Source: an uncultured Candidatus Saccharibacteria bacterium (GTDB lineage Bacteria; Patescibacteriota; Minisyncoccia; Phycocordibacterales; WO2-35-19). Taken from it: DNA of 56,332 nucleotides. A model generated the notes under the pieces. The model saw only the letters and a list, made by a program, of their open reading frames with translations. It ran no database searches and was not told the origin of the DNA. The stretch lies in contig CAYTTP010000003.1 in assembly GCA_964440955.1 (NCBI GenBank), positions 1 through 56,332 on the forward strand. Direction: 5' to 3'. Each line of letters starts with the position of its first letter. The stretch's first letter is position 1. This document shows positions 34,883 to 43,674 of the stretch, in pieces. Both the position numbers and the translations under genes were made by a program.

Positions 34883-35725
34883 ATGCAACAATACTGCTTT
34901 TTTAATGGCAAAATCGTACCAATAGAGGAGGCGAAAGTCTCTGTTTTGGACATTGGGCTTTTGCGAGGTTATGGTATTTATGATGGTATCCCAAGCTTCA
35001 ATGGTAAACCATTTCGTTTTGCTGATCATTGGAGCAGGTTTGTCGCTGGGGCACATACGCTCAATTTGAACATCCCGATCACTGAAGAGAAGGCAGAAAA
35101 AGTAGTGATTGAGTTGCTTGAAAAAAACGGAATGACTGAGAGAGCTAACGTGCGTTTTATTTTGACTGGTGGCGACACGATAAGTGGTATTGAATATGAT
35201 TTTGAAAAGCCTACATTCTACATAATCACTGAAAGATGGGAGAAGCTTCCAGAGGAAGTGTATAGCGAAGGTGCCAAACTTATCACCTACCGTCACGTAC
35301 GAGAGTTACCAGAATCAAAAACTATCAATTATATTCGCGCTGTCAATTTGCAAAATTTTAAAAAAGAGGAGAAGGCTCTCGAGATCCTGTATACCTACGA
35401 TGGCGAGGTGCTTGAGTGCGCGACTAGCAATGTTTTTCTTGTAAAGAACAAAAAAATCATCACTCCGGCCGAAAATGTTTTGAAGGGTATCACTCGCAGG
35501 GTTGTGCTCGAAATTGCTTCCGATACTTACGAAGTCGAGGAAAGGATAGTACATGAAAGTGAGCTCAAAGAGGCTGATGAGGTATTTATTACTTCCTCAT
35601 TTAAAGATATAGTCCCGATAGTCAAAATAGACGATATGGTGGTCGCAAATGGAGAGGTGGGAAGTGTCACTAAAGACATAATGTTTCGGTATAGACGAGT
35701 CATTCAAAACGTTCCCCTCGCTTAG
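34883..35725 (+). CDS. class IV aminotransferase (D-amino-acid/branched-chain type)
   Basis: 280 aa. Fold-type IV motifs: LRGYGIYD, ECATSNVFLVK, GITR. Sits in a mur cluster, which is compatible with D-Glu supply. Confidence 0.8.
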   Translation: MQQYCFFNGKIVPIEEAKVSVLDIGLLRGYGIYDGIPSFNGKPFRFADHWSRFVAGAHTLNLNIPITEEKAEKVVIELLEKNGMTERANVRFILTGGDTISGIEYDFEKPTFYIITERWEKLPEEVYSEGAKLITYRHVRELPESKTINYIRAVNLQNFKKEEKALEILYTYDGEVLECATSNVFLVKNKKIITPAENVLKGITRRVVLEIASDTYEVEERIVHESELKEADEVFITSSFKDIVPIVKIDDMVVANGEVGSVTKDIMFRYRRVIQNVPLA

Positions 35726-35896
35726 CACACATAATTTTCTGCTGAAAATTTGTTCTGCTCGGTGCACCTGCGCAAGGCACGCTCGGGGAAGTTTCTGAAT
35801 GGCTCGTCCCTCATTGCAAATAATTAGCTTTGTGTTATTATTGGCTCTGTCCTAAATGGTATCTTAATTTTCAATCTTTAATTCTAAATTCAAAAA

Positions 35897-36052
35897 ATGT
35901 CCCAAGACCAACTTATAAAATTGATGCATAAGGCGACTGGCGAGATCTACTGGACCCGCAAAAACAAGCGAAAAGTAGAGCGCAAGATCGAGCTCAAAAA
36001 ATACAGCAAAAAGCTCCGCAAACGAGTGGTTTTTAAAGAAATCAAGAAGTAG
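35897..36052 (+). CDS. rpmG: 50S ribosomal protein L33
   Basis: A 51-aa ORF not in the track: MSQDQLIKLMHKATGEIYWTRKNKRKVERKIELKKYSKKLRKRVVFKEIKK. This is the L33 pattern (YxTxKNKR...LELKKY...). Confidence 0.85.
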   Translation: MSQDQLIKLMHKATGEIYWTRKNKRKVERKIELKKYSKKLRKRVVFKEIKK

Positions 36053-36064
36053 TCGCAACAAAAA

Positions 36065-36086
36065 CTGGCTCATCGAGCCAGTTTTT
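36065..36086 (+). terminator. intrinsic terminator after rpmG
   Basis: CTGGCTC-ATC-GAGCCAG followed by TTTTT. Confidence 0.8.
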
Positions 36087-36106
36087 GTTAGTATCAAGTT
36101 ACTATA

Positions 36107-36203
36107 GGGCCTATAGTTCACCATGTCATTCGCGAATGACGTGGTCAGTGGTAGAATAGCGGTCTCCACCCCGTCGCTCGCGAGCGACAGGGTCCAAAAC
36201 CAA
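36107..36203 (+). pseudogene. tRNA-Trp-like 5' fragment interrupted by two palindromic insertions
   Basis: GGGCCTATAGTTCA..TCAGTGGTAGAATAGCGGTCTCCA..CCAAAACC shares ATAGCGGTCTCCAAAACC with the real tRNA-Trp. Insertions are CCATGTCATTCGCGAATGACGTGG (36121-36144) and CCCCGTCGCTCGCGAGCGACAGGG (36169-36192). No 3' half is present. Confidence 0.55.
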
Positions 36204-36209
36204 TACCAG

Positions 36210-36470
36210 ATGTATTACGTCTATATTCTTAAAAATTTAGAGTCTGACTACTTATACATAGGCTACAGTTGTAATCTCAGAAGGAGAATAGAAGAACATA
36301 AAAGTGGTAAGGTTTATACCACCAAGCGATTAGGTAAAAATATCGAGCTTATTTACTACGAAGCTTATAAGAGCAAAGAGGATGCGCAGGATAGGGAAAA
36401 GAGTTTTAAAAAATCTGGTTCAGTGTATAATGGCCTTATTAAAAGAATAAAGAGAAGTAGGGGTGATTAG
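36210..36470 (+). CDS. GIY-YIG nuclease family protein (short stand-alone type)
   Basis: MYYVYILKNLESDYLYIGYSCNLRRRIEEHKSG...YYE... carries the GIY-YIG motifs. The last 10 nt overlap the tRNA-Trp 5' end. The track ORF from 36123 reads through the pseudo-tRNA and is probably not the real start. Confidence 0.8.
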   Translation: MYYVYILKNLESDYLYIGYSCNLRRRIEEHKSGKVYTTKRLGKNIELIYYEAYKSKEDAQDREKSFKKSGSVYNGLIKRIKRSRGD

Positions 36471-36534
36471 TTAAGTGGCATAATAGCGGTCTCCAAAACC
36501 GCGGTCGTGGGTTCGATTCCCTCATCACCCGCCA
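36461..36534 (+). tRNA. tRNA-Trp(CCA), CCA encoded
   Basis: Acceptor GGGTGAT/ATCACCC, anticodon arm GCGGT-CTCCAAA-ACCGC, T arm GTGGG-TTCGATT-CCCTC, then G73-CCA. Confidence 0.9.
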
Positions 36535-36588
36535 AGTCGGGTAGCGCCCGAGACGCGTTAATGAAATACTTTTTAGGTTTTGCATAGA
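36510..36588 (+). repeat. att-like repeat A (tRNA-Trp 3' end plus trailer)
   Basis: GGTTCGATTCC...CCCGCCAAGTCG-hairpin-AGACGCGTTAATGAAATAC-TTTTTAGGTTTTGCATAGA aligns with 37861-37939. Confidence 0.65.
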
Positions 36589-37256
36589 TGAAGGATACAA
36601 AATATTCGTATCAGAATTTAGTAGGATATATAAGTAGAATAATATTTATATTTGGCGTACCACTTATATTTGTCTATTTTTTTATTTATAAACCACTCAC
36701 TTTAAATAAATGTTTTTCATTTGTTAGTGAGGATGCTCTAAATAACAAGACTGTTGAAATTCAGGTGATCCGTTCTTTGGACCAGGTTGCACAAGAAATT
36801 AAATCATTGGATCCTATTTTACCATTAAATAATGACTGGTTTAAATTTAATGTAACTTTTAGTAATAATTTTAAAGTTGCAATAGTAACATCTAAACCAG
36901 ATTCATACACAGAGGCAACGACAACTTTTTTCTTAGAAACAAAAAACGGAAGCTCTACTATTCCATATGACCAGAAAATAATCATCAATGAAGTAGGGTC
37001 AGAAAATTTAAATAGTCTTATTACAAATCTTGGTTTTATTACAAACAATAAACCTATTTATGTACCTGGCGGCAGTATGATTTCCTTACAAACTAATCCA
37101 AATTTAGGTCAGTTCTGCTCTTTAGTGGAATTAAGTAGAAAATACAAGTTATTAATATACATTGAATCTCTTATAATATTTATTGGTCTGCTTTTAATAA
37201 CCAAAGAAATAATTAGCTTTATAAAACAAGGATTTTCAAATTATTTTAAATTATGA
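36588..37256 (+). CDS. hypothetical membrane protein (very AT-rich)
   Basis: 222 aa with N- and C-terminal hydrophobic helices. No motif recognised. Confidence 0.45.
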   Translation: MKDTKYSYQNLVGYISRIIFIFGVPLIFVYFFIYKPLTLNKCFSFVSEDALNNKTVEIQVIRSLDQVAQEIKSLDPILPLNNDWFKFNVTFSNNFKVAIVTSKPDSYTEATTTFFLETKNGSSTIPYDQKIIINEVGSENLNSLITNLGFITNNKPIYVPGGSMISLQTNPNLGQFCSLVELSRKYKLLIYIESLIIFIGLLLITKEIISFIKQGFSNYFKL

Positions 37257-37283
37257 TAACCTCTGGCCAGAAGGAGGTATGTT

Positions 37284-37763
37284 TTGAACGAACATTGGAC
37301 AGAGATTGAAATTCAAGCTTTGGCCGGAGTCTCAACGTTTGAGGAATTGGCTGAGGTTGCAGTTTGTATTGTTGGACGCATGAGTGCAACTGGAAAGGAG
37401 GTAGTCCAAATCTGTGGGCCAATGAGTACTGGCGGGCTCGGCAACCTAAAGGACAACATGGCCCGTTTTCGTTTGGCCATTGATCGAGCTGCTGAAAATG
37501 GCATCTTGGTCTTCGACCAAATTCCTTTCCAGAACGAGATTATCCGTCTCTGTTCTTTTAAGGAAGGGCAAGACAAATACGATTGGGAGATTCTTGAGGT
37601 TTTCTACAAAAGAATTTTCGAATCAGGTTATGTCCATCGTGCTCTTTTTCTACCAGGTTGGGAGGATTCAGTGGGAGCGAGTTGGGAGCGAGAACTTACA
37701 ACCAAACTTGGCCTCATTGTTGAAGACTACCCAGTCGAGTGGCTTCAGGATTTATGGGTCTGA
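37284..37763 (+). CDS. hypothetical protein
   Basis: 159 aa. TTG start 6 nt after AAGGAGG. GC-richer than the neighbouring ORFs. Confidence 0.5.
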   Translation: MNEHWTEIEIQALAGVSTFEELAEVAVCIVGRMSATGKEVVQICGPMSTGGLGNLKDNMARFRLAIDRAAENGILVFDQIPFQNEIIRLCSFKEGQDKYDWEILEVFYKRIFESGYVHRALFLPGWEDSVGASWERELTTKLGLIVEDYPVEWLQDLWV

Positions 37764-37805
37764 ACAGAAGTTCAGACCCAATTTTGTTACCGCCCGAGAT
37801 GCTTC

Positions 37806-37939
37806 GATTATGCTAGTATAAAAATAATAAGAAAAGCCTTGTGGTGCAATGAACAAAAGAGGTTCGAATCCGAGACGGCCCGCCAAGTCGTGCACAGCAC
37901 GAGATGCATTAATGAAATAGTTTTCTAATTTTGCATAGA
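37806..37939 (+). repeat. att-like repeat B (tRNA-3'-end-like GGTTCGAATCCGAGACGGCCCGCCA with shared flanks)
   Basis: 37861-37939 matches repeat A. 37806-37885 matches 38878-38957 (TGCTAGTATAAAA...CTTGTGG...CCGAGACGGCCCGC). No cloverleaf can be drawn. Confidence 0.6.
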
Positions 37940-37974
37940 CTTACCTTAAATTTATGAGCTGATATAATTTTGGT

Positions 37975-38388
37975 ATGAAAATCATTGATCCCGGCCATAT
38001 CTACGAGCTAAGGCAATTAGGCGATGATAAGACTCAAACTCTGACTTTTATAAAACGTTCTAGTGGTACAATCCAATATGATAAAGAATGGTCAGGACTT
38101 CAAACTCAAGAAGTTTTAAGAGCTTTGATAGATAGGACTTTATATTTAGATAAGGTTTTAGAATGTAAAGAAACAAAAGAAGCAATTAAACATCTCCGAG
38201 CTACCTTATACTGGTATGAAGTGAGAGCTTTGAGGAGAAAAAGATCAAAAACAAATCGAACAACAAACAACCATGATGATTCTGAAACTCCTCCCTATGA
38301 AATGCAATATGCTCCAGATATTCCATTTACTGAAGTTGATATAGAGAAAAAAGAGATTGGAGAGGATGGTCATATAATTCAGTATTAA
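37975..38388 (+). CDS. hypothetical protein
   Basis: 137-aa ORF. No motif recognised. Confidence 0.45.
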   Translation: MKIIDPGHIYELRQLGDDKTQTLTFIKRSSGTIQYDKEWSGLQTQEVLRALIDRTLYLDKVLECKETKEAIKHLRATLYWYEVRALRRKRSKTNRTTNNHDDSETPPYEMQYAPDIPFTEVDIEKKEIGEDGHIIQY

Positions 38389-38390
38389 AT

Positions 38391-38879
38391 ATGAGGAATT
38401 CTACTCTTGTTTTTTTGGTTAAAAGGAATACTAGCAAGAATATTGAAAATATTTGTCTTGCTATGAAAAAGAGAGGCTTTGGGGCTGGGCGATATAACGG
38501 CACAGGTGGAAAGGTAGAAGAAGAAACTATAGAAGAAGCAGCCATTCGGGAAACAAGAGAGGAGATTGGTGTTCAAGTGGAAAATTTAGTTAAAGTTGCA
38601 AAATTAGAATTTAGATTTCCACATAATCCAGCATGGGATCAGATAGTGCATGTATTTTTGTCAGAAATTTGGGATGGAGAACTGACGGAAAGTGAAGAGA
38701 TGAAACCAGAATGGTTTTCGGTTAGTAAGATTCCATACGATACTATGTGGCCAGATGATAAGTTCTGGTTGCCAAAAGTTATTGCTGGAGATCTGATTAA
38801 AGGTAGTTTCGTCTTTGGTGAGAATGATATTGTAGTTCAGCAAGAAGTCGATGTGGTATCTATGTTCAGGGAAGCTTAG
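38391..38879 (+). CDS. NUDIX hydrolase (MutT-like)
   Basis: Nudix box GGKVEEETIEEAAIRETREEIGV. Confidence 0.85.
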   Translation: MRNSTLVFLVKRNTSKNIENICLAMKKRGFGAGRYNGTGGKVEEETIEEAAIRETREEIGVQVENLVKVAKLEFRFPHNPAWDQIVHVFLSEIWDGELTESEEMKPEWFSVSKIPYDTMWPDDKFWLPKVIAGDLIKGSFVFGENDIVVQQEVDVVSMFREA

Positions 38880-38957
38880 ATTGTGCTAGTATAAAATTGA
38901 TTAGAAAAATCTTGTGGGACGACAAACTTAAAATGTTTGAACCCGAGACGGCCCGCA
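38878..38957 (+). repeat. att-like repeat C (partial)
   Basis: TTGTGCTAGTATAAAATTG...TCTTGTGGGACGACAAAC...TTTGAACCCGAGACGGCCCGCA aligns with 37806-37885. Confidence 0.55.
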
Positions 38958-38966
38958 ATATTTGAA

Positions 38967-39506
38967 ATGAATAACAATCTCAAAACAGCGGTGTTTGCCA
39001 ATGGATGCTTTTGGTGTACAGAAGCAGTATTTAAAATGCTTAGAGGAGTTTTGTCGGTAGTACCCGGATATACAGGAGGTGACACACCAAACCCAACTTA
39101 TGACAACGTTTGTAGTGGTGCGACCGGACACGCTGAAGCTATAAAAATTGAGTATGACTCGACTATTATTTCGTATGAAGATTTGCTTACTGTCTTCTTT
39201 TACACTCATGATCCAACCACTCTAAACAGACAGGGCAATGATGTAGGTACCCAATACCGTTCGGCCATCTTTTACACAACAAGCGAAGAGAAAGAAAAAG
39301 CAGAAGCGGTAATAAAAGAATTAAATGATAAACATGCATACGATAAGCCGATAGTCACAGAGGTGACTTTGCTGGACCATTTTTATGAAGCAGAAAATTA
39401 TCACCATGATTATTATGAAAATCACAAAGATCAAACTTATTGCAACCTTGTCATAACACCCAAACTTGAAAAGATGCAAAAGCGCTTTGCTGAATTATTA
39501 AAATAA
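38967..39506 (+). CDS. msrA: peptide-methionine (S)-S-oxide reductase
   Basis: [15 protein letters not shown] active-site motif. Start chosen at the internal ATG 38967. Confidence 0.92.
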   Translation: MNNNLKTAVFANGCFWCTEAVFKMLRGVLSVVPGYTGGDTPNPTYDNVCSGATGHAEAIKIEYDSTIISYEDLLTVFFYTHDPTTLNRQGNDVGTQYRSAIFYTTSEEKEKAEAVIKELNDKHAYDKPIVTEVTLLDHFYEAENYHHDYYENHKDQTYCNLVITPKLEKMQKRFAELLK

Positions 39507-39517
39507 ATTTAAATATT

Positions 39518-39910
39518 ATGGACGAGCAGGAAATCAAAAACAAGCTTACACCTGAAGAATATGTTGTTTTGAGGGAGAAGGGTACTGAAGCGCCTTTTTC
39601 CGGCAAATTACTTCATGAAAAAAGGAGTGGTACTTACAATTGCAAAGTTTGTGGGACTGCCCTTTTTGCTTCGACTGCTAAGTTTGATTCGGGTACTGGT
39701 TGGCCTTCGTTTGACCAAGCTCTGCCTGACGCAGTGAAAGAAATCGAGGACAATAGCCATGGTATGCGTCGAGTGGAGATAGTTTGTGCGAAGTGTGGCT
39801 CTCACCTCGGGCATGTTTTCCCTGATGGACCAACAAAAACCGGCATGCGCTATTGTTTAAATTCGGTCTGTCTTGATTTGTCGCCTGACAAGGATCAACC
39901 TCTAAATTAA
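39518..39910 (+). CDS. msrB: peptide-methionine (R)-S-oxide reductase
   Basis: CKVCGTALF...[12 protein letters not shown] zinc CxxC pairs and the catalytic RYCLNS. Confidence 0.92.
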   Translation: MDEQEIKNKLTPEEYVVLREKGTEAPFSGKLLHEKRSGTYNCKVCGTALFASTAKFDSGTGWPSFDQALPDAVKEIEDNSHGMRRVEIVCAKCGSHLGHVFPDGPTKTGMRYCLNSVCLDLSPDKDQPLN

Positions 39911-40899
39911 TCCAAAAATTTCCTCACTTCCTTTTTGATGAGGGAGGATTTGGGGGTAAGTCTCTCGACAGAGCTCGGGGTGAACTTTTCGACTTCGCTC
40001 AGGGTAAGCCACCTAATATTTTTGTCTTTCTTGAACCAAGTCATCTGGCGTTTGGCGTAATGCCAAATGGCGGTTTCAAGTTGGGCAAGCATTTCTTCTT
40101 TTGTTATTTTATTCTGCAAAAATAAGGCTAGGTATTTGTATTCAAGTCCGAGTTCTTGCATGCGTTTAAAACTCAAGCCTTTAGCGTGGAGTTTTTTGGC
40201 TTCTTGTACCATGCCCTGCTTCATACGTTTTAGTAGGCGAGTATGAATTCTTTTTCTTAACTCCTCTCCCTCTATTTTTATGCCTATCTTGCATACTTCG
40301 TACCCGCCCGCTTCGACTACGCTTACGTGTCGGGCAGGTTTCCTAGCTTCTAGATTCGAGCTTCTAGATTCTAGTTTTGGAACATGTCCCAAAGCCTCCA
40401 CTATTTCAATCGCCCTTATCAATCGTCGAGGGTTTTTGGAATCGATGGTTTTGGCTCTGTCGGGATCAAGTTTTTGGAGCATTTTAAACAAGCTCTCGGT
40501 CGATTTGGTTCCAAGTTTCTTTCTTAGTTTTTCATTTGGTGGTACTTCAGGAATTTGTTTGTCGCCCAAAAGAGCGTCAATATAAAATCCGGTTCCACCA
40601 CAAATAATTGGCACTTTACCTTTCTCTACAATTTGTCCGATCGTCGCTTTTGTAGATGTGACAAAGTCGGAAGCGGTAAATTGATTTTTTGGATTTGCGA
40701 CATCAAGGAGGTGGTGTGGGATGCCTCGCATTTCTTTTTTTGTTATCTTGCCGGTCCCTATATTGAGTCCTTTGTAAACTTGGCGAGAATCAGCGGAAAT
40801 CACTTCGCCGTTTATGGCTCGCGCCAACTCTACCGCCAAGTTGCTTTTGCCACTCGCCGTCGGCCCGCAGATAATTATAATTTTTTGCCTCGCTCTCAT
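39907..40899 (-). CDS. miaA: tRNA dimethylallyltransferase
   Basis: GPTASGKS P-loop, [13 protein letters not shown], and GGTGFY motifs. Confidence 0.9.
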   Translation of the reverse strand: MRARQKIIIICGPTASGKSNLAVELARAINGEVISADSRQVYKGLNIGTGKITKKEMRGIPHHLLDVANPKNQFTASDFVTSTKATIGQIVEKGKVPIICGGTGFYIDALLGDKQIPEVPPNEKLRKKLGTKSTESLFKMLQKLDPDRAKTIDSKNPRRLIRAIEIVEALGHVPKLESRSSNLEARKPARHVSVVEAGGYEVCKIGIKIEGEELRKRIHTRLLKRMKQGMVQEAKKLHAKGLSFKRMQELGLEYKYLALFLQNKITKEEMLAQLETAIWHYAKRQMTWFKKDKNIRWLTLSEVEKFTPSSVERLTPKSSLIKKEVRKFLD

Positions 40900-40949
40900 T
40901 TCTAGAGTATATTGATTTTTACTTGATTTTCAATATAATTTTAGAGTAT

Positions 40950-41030
40950 GCCGGAGTGGCGGAATGGTAGACGCGCACGACTCAAAATCGTGTCTCGCAA
41001 GGGGTGGAGGTTCAAGTCCTCTCTCCGGCA
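40950..41030 (+). tRNA. tRNA-Leu(CAA), class II, no CCA encoded
   Basis: Acceptor GCCGGAG/CTCCGGC, anticodon arm CACGA-CTCAAAA-TCGTG, variable arm, T arm GGAGG-TTCAAGT-CCTCT, A73. Confidence 0.88.
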
Positions 41031-41190
41031 CAGATTGAGCAAAGCGAAAGTGGTGTCGGAGAGGCGTAGCTTTTTGTAAAAAAGCGTTACGCGGACTTGA
41101 AACCCGATTGAGATTTTTTAGGAGTATCGCGAACTAAAAAACCAATTGGGGTACTGAGTCTGTAAGACTCAAGTCCTCTCTCCGGCACCA
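41012..41190 (+). repeat. tRNA-3'-end-associated structured element, type B (tRNA-Leu copy), with 20-nt direct repeats
   Basis: TCAAGTCCTCTCTCCGGCAC lies at 41012-41031 and 41169-41188; the second copy ends ...ACCA. TGGTGTCGGAGAGG (41051-41064) is antisense to CCTCTCTCCGGCACCA. GGACTTGA (41093-41100) is antisense to TCAAGTCC. It begins with GAGCAAAGCGAAAG. Confidence 0.78.
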
Positions 41191-41224
41191 GAATTTTGCT
41201 CTTCTGTGTTAGAATATTTTTGTA

Positions 41225-42253
41225 ATGAACAATAATTCAAATTTTTATCAAAATTCAATATTTTGGGTGGAGGTAGACAAAATCAAACCAAACCCATTTC
41301 AGCCACGGCGCGAATTTGACCCAGAGGCTCTTAAGGCACTCGCTGATTCTATAAAACAATATGGAGTTTTGCAGGCACTTGTGGTCACACGACGCGAATT
41401 TGAAAAACCGGAAGGCGGGCTTGGAGTTGAATATGAACTTATCGCCGGTGAACGCAGGCTTCGAGCCTCAAAAATAGCTGGTCTCTCTCAAGTACCGGTT
41501 TTGATACGTATCGGGGAAACAGATACAAAGCACGCCGAAGATTTGATGAAGCTCGAACTTGCAATCATCGAAAACGTTCAACGAGAGGATCTAAATCCGG
41601 TCGAAAGAGCCAAAGCTTTCAAAAAACTTGCCGACGATTTTGGTTTCAAACATCAACAAATTGCCCAGAAGATAGGTAAGAGTCGAGTGTATGTGACAAA
41701 CACAATGCGCATACTTGATTTGCCGGAAGAGATGCTCATCGCTCTTTCGGAAGGAAAAATCAATGAAGGCCATACTCGCCCACTACTCATGCTCATCGAA
41801 AGACCAGAAGAACAAAAAGTGCTCTTTCAAGATATCATGCTCCGCAAAATGACTGTGCGGGAAGCAGAGGTAGCGGCGCGACGTATTGCTCTTGAGAGGG
41901 TGCGCAAAATAAACGCTTCGATTGACCCAGAAATAATGGCTTTGGAAGAAAAATTTACTGAGTCGCTCGGTACTCGAGTACGTATTGAAAAGAAAGAAAA
42001 TGGCGGCAAACTTATGATCGAGTTTTTCTCGAATGATGATTTGGAAGATATTTTGAAGATGATAAATAAAAAAGAGAATCATGAATTAGGTATTATGAAT
42101 CATGGCGAGGAAAAGGAGGAAGAAGGCCAAAAAATAGAAGACGATAGGACGGGGGAGCAAATAAAAGTAGCAGAAGAAACACCAATCCCAACTCTGGACG
42201 AGGCAGCGAAGCAAGAGGAGGAGCTCTATTCGATCAAAAACTTTTCTCTTTAA
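41225..42253 (+). CDS. parB: ParB/Spo0J family partition protein
   Basis: ParB box IAGERRLRA, the HTH region QQIAQKIGKSRVYVTNTMR, and an acidic C-terminal tail. Confidence 0.85.
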   Translation: MNNNSNFYQNSIFWVEVDKIKPNPFQPRREFDPEALKALADSIKQYGVLQALVVTRREFEKPEGGLGVEYELIAGERRLRASKIAGLSQVPVLIRIGETDTKHAEDLMKLELAIIENVQREDLNPVERAKAFKKLADDFGFKHQQIAQKIGKSRVYVTNTMRILDLPEEMLIALSEGKINEGHTRPLLMLIERPEEQKVLFQDIMLRKMTVREAEVAARRIALERVRKINASIDPEIMALEEKFTESLGTRVRIEKKENGGKLMIEFFSNDDLEDILKMINKKENHELGIMNHGEEKEEEGQKIEDDRTGEQIKVAEETPIPTLDEAAKQEEELYSIKNFSL

Positions 42254-43627
42254 TTAAAGATTTCCCCTTATATACTTTTTAGCAAAACTTGTTTTTGCAT
42301 ATTCAAGCCATTTGCGGTTTGGCTTAGAATTTTTGTTGGTTACAACTTCGACGATCTCGCCTCCCTTGAGGATGGTGTCGATTGATTTCATTTGGCCATT
42401 TACTTTTGCTCCTGACATTTTATTACCGATCGCTGAGTGTATCGAATAAGCAAAGTCGATAACCGATGCTCCTTGTGGCAAATCAACAACATCTCCCTTT
42501 GGAGTGAAGACAAATATTCGCTCGCTTAAGAAATCGGTCTTGATATCTTTTTCTGAAAATTCAGCCATAGCTTCAAGCCATGGAGCCAGTTGTTTTTGGG
42601 TTGCTCCTTTGTAGACTCCATGAGAAGCTACTCCGTACTCGGCAGAAGTATGCATTTCTTCTGTTCGGATTTGAATCTCGACCATATCACCGTTGCCAGT
42701 AAATACGGTAGTATGCAGGCTTTGGTAACCGTTTTGTTTTGGGAAAGCAATATAATCTTTTATCTTGCCTGGGACTGGTTTCCATGAAGCATGAACGATA
42801 CCAAGGGCTCGATAACAGTCCTCGGTCTTTTTGGTGATGATACGCATGGCGAGGACGTCAGTTATCTTGTCGATATCTTTTTTGCTTTTCAAATATTTTT
42901 TGTATAAGCTCCACGACCCCTTAACCCGATAGTCAGAATGAAATTCGACAAAATTGGCTGAAGCCAGTTCTTTACTTACTGACTTTCTAAATTTTTCTAG
43001 ATTCTTGACACGTGAGTCGTAATCTTTTTTTATAAGCTCTGTTATTTCCTTATAACCAAGAGGTTCTACATATTTGAAAGCGAGGTCTTCGAGTTCTCTC
43101 GACAATTTCCTGATACCAAGTCGATAGGCTATCGGAGCGTATATCTCAATGGTCTCTCTCGCTATGCGAAACTGTTTTTCTTTAGGTACAAATTCAAGAG
43201 TTTGCATATTGTGAAGTCTGTCGCAGAGCTTCACTATAAGAACACGGATATCCTTTGATGTTGCAAGAAGTAGTTTGCGTAGAGATTCGTTGTGTCTGTC
43301 GGATCCATGGTATCGAAGCTCGCCAAGTCGAGAAACACCTTCGACAATAAATCGTACATCTTTGCCAAATTCTGCTTCAATGGTCTCGGTTGTCATCTTG
43401 GTGTCTTCTATTACATCATGCAATAGTCCGGCACTTATAGTCGTAGCGTCCATACCAAGTTCGGCTATCTTTAAAGCTGTCAAAAATAGGTGATTGAAAT
43501 ACGGTTCACCGCTGTGTCTTTTTTGATCCCTGTGCGCTCTTTCGGCAAAATCATAAGCTCGCGACACCATATCGCTCTCTTCTTTCGATACTACAAATTC
43601 TAAGAGCTTTTTTAGGTTCGGCTCCAT
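42254..43627 (-). CDS. RelA/SpoT-family (p)ppGpp synthetase/hydrolase, short form
   Basis: HD domain (HRDQKRHSGEPYFNHL...LHDVIED), synthetase core (GYQSLHTTV) and a TGS domain. No ACT domain. Confidence 0.88.
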   Translation of the reverse strand: MEPNLKKLLEFVVSKEESDMVSRAYDFAERAHRDQKRHSGEPYFNHLFLTALKIAELGMDATTISAGLLHDVIEDTKMTTETIEAEFGKDVRFIVEGVSRLGELRYHGSDRHNESLRKLLLATSKDIRVLIVKLCDRLHNMQTLEFVPKEKQFRIARETIEIYAPIAYRLGIRKLSRELEDLAFKYVEPLGYKEITELIKKDYDSRVKNLEKFRKSVSKELASANFVEFHSDYRVKGSWSLYKKYLKSKKDIDKITDVLAMRIITKKTEDCYRALGIVHASWKPVPGKIKDYIAFPKQNGYQSLHTTVFTGNGDMVEIQIRTEEMHTSAEYGVASHGVYKGATQKQLAPWLEAMAEFSEKDIKTDFLSERIFVFTPKGDVVDLPQGASVIDFAYSIHSAIGNKMSGAKVNGQMKSIDTILKGGEIVEVVTNKNSKPNRKWLEYAKTSFAKKYIRGNL

Positions 43628-43674
43628 TTTTTGATTATGCAGGAGATATTTGATTTTGTAAAACTATTTAAAAT

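Noticed and set aside
35760-35830. A GC-rich patch upstream of rpmG, considered as SRP RNA or a ribosomal-protein leader.
   Set aside because: It has no SRP domain IV signature (GGAA/AGCA loops), and I could draw only weak, ambiguous pairings.
454-41190. Treating the recurring elements as a CRISPR array or as tandem repeats.
   Set aside because: The copies are dispersed at separate tRNA genes, are 100-170 nt long with internal structure, and are not regularly spaced with short spacers. No cas genes are present.
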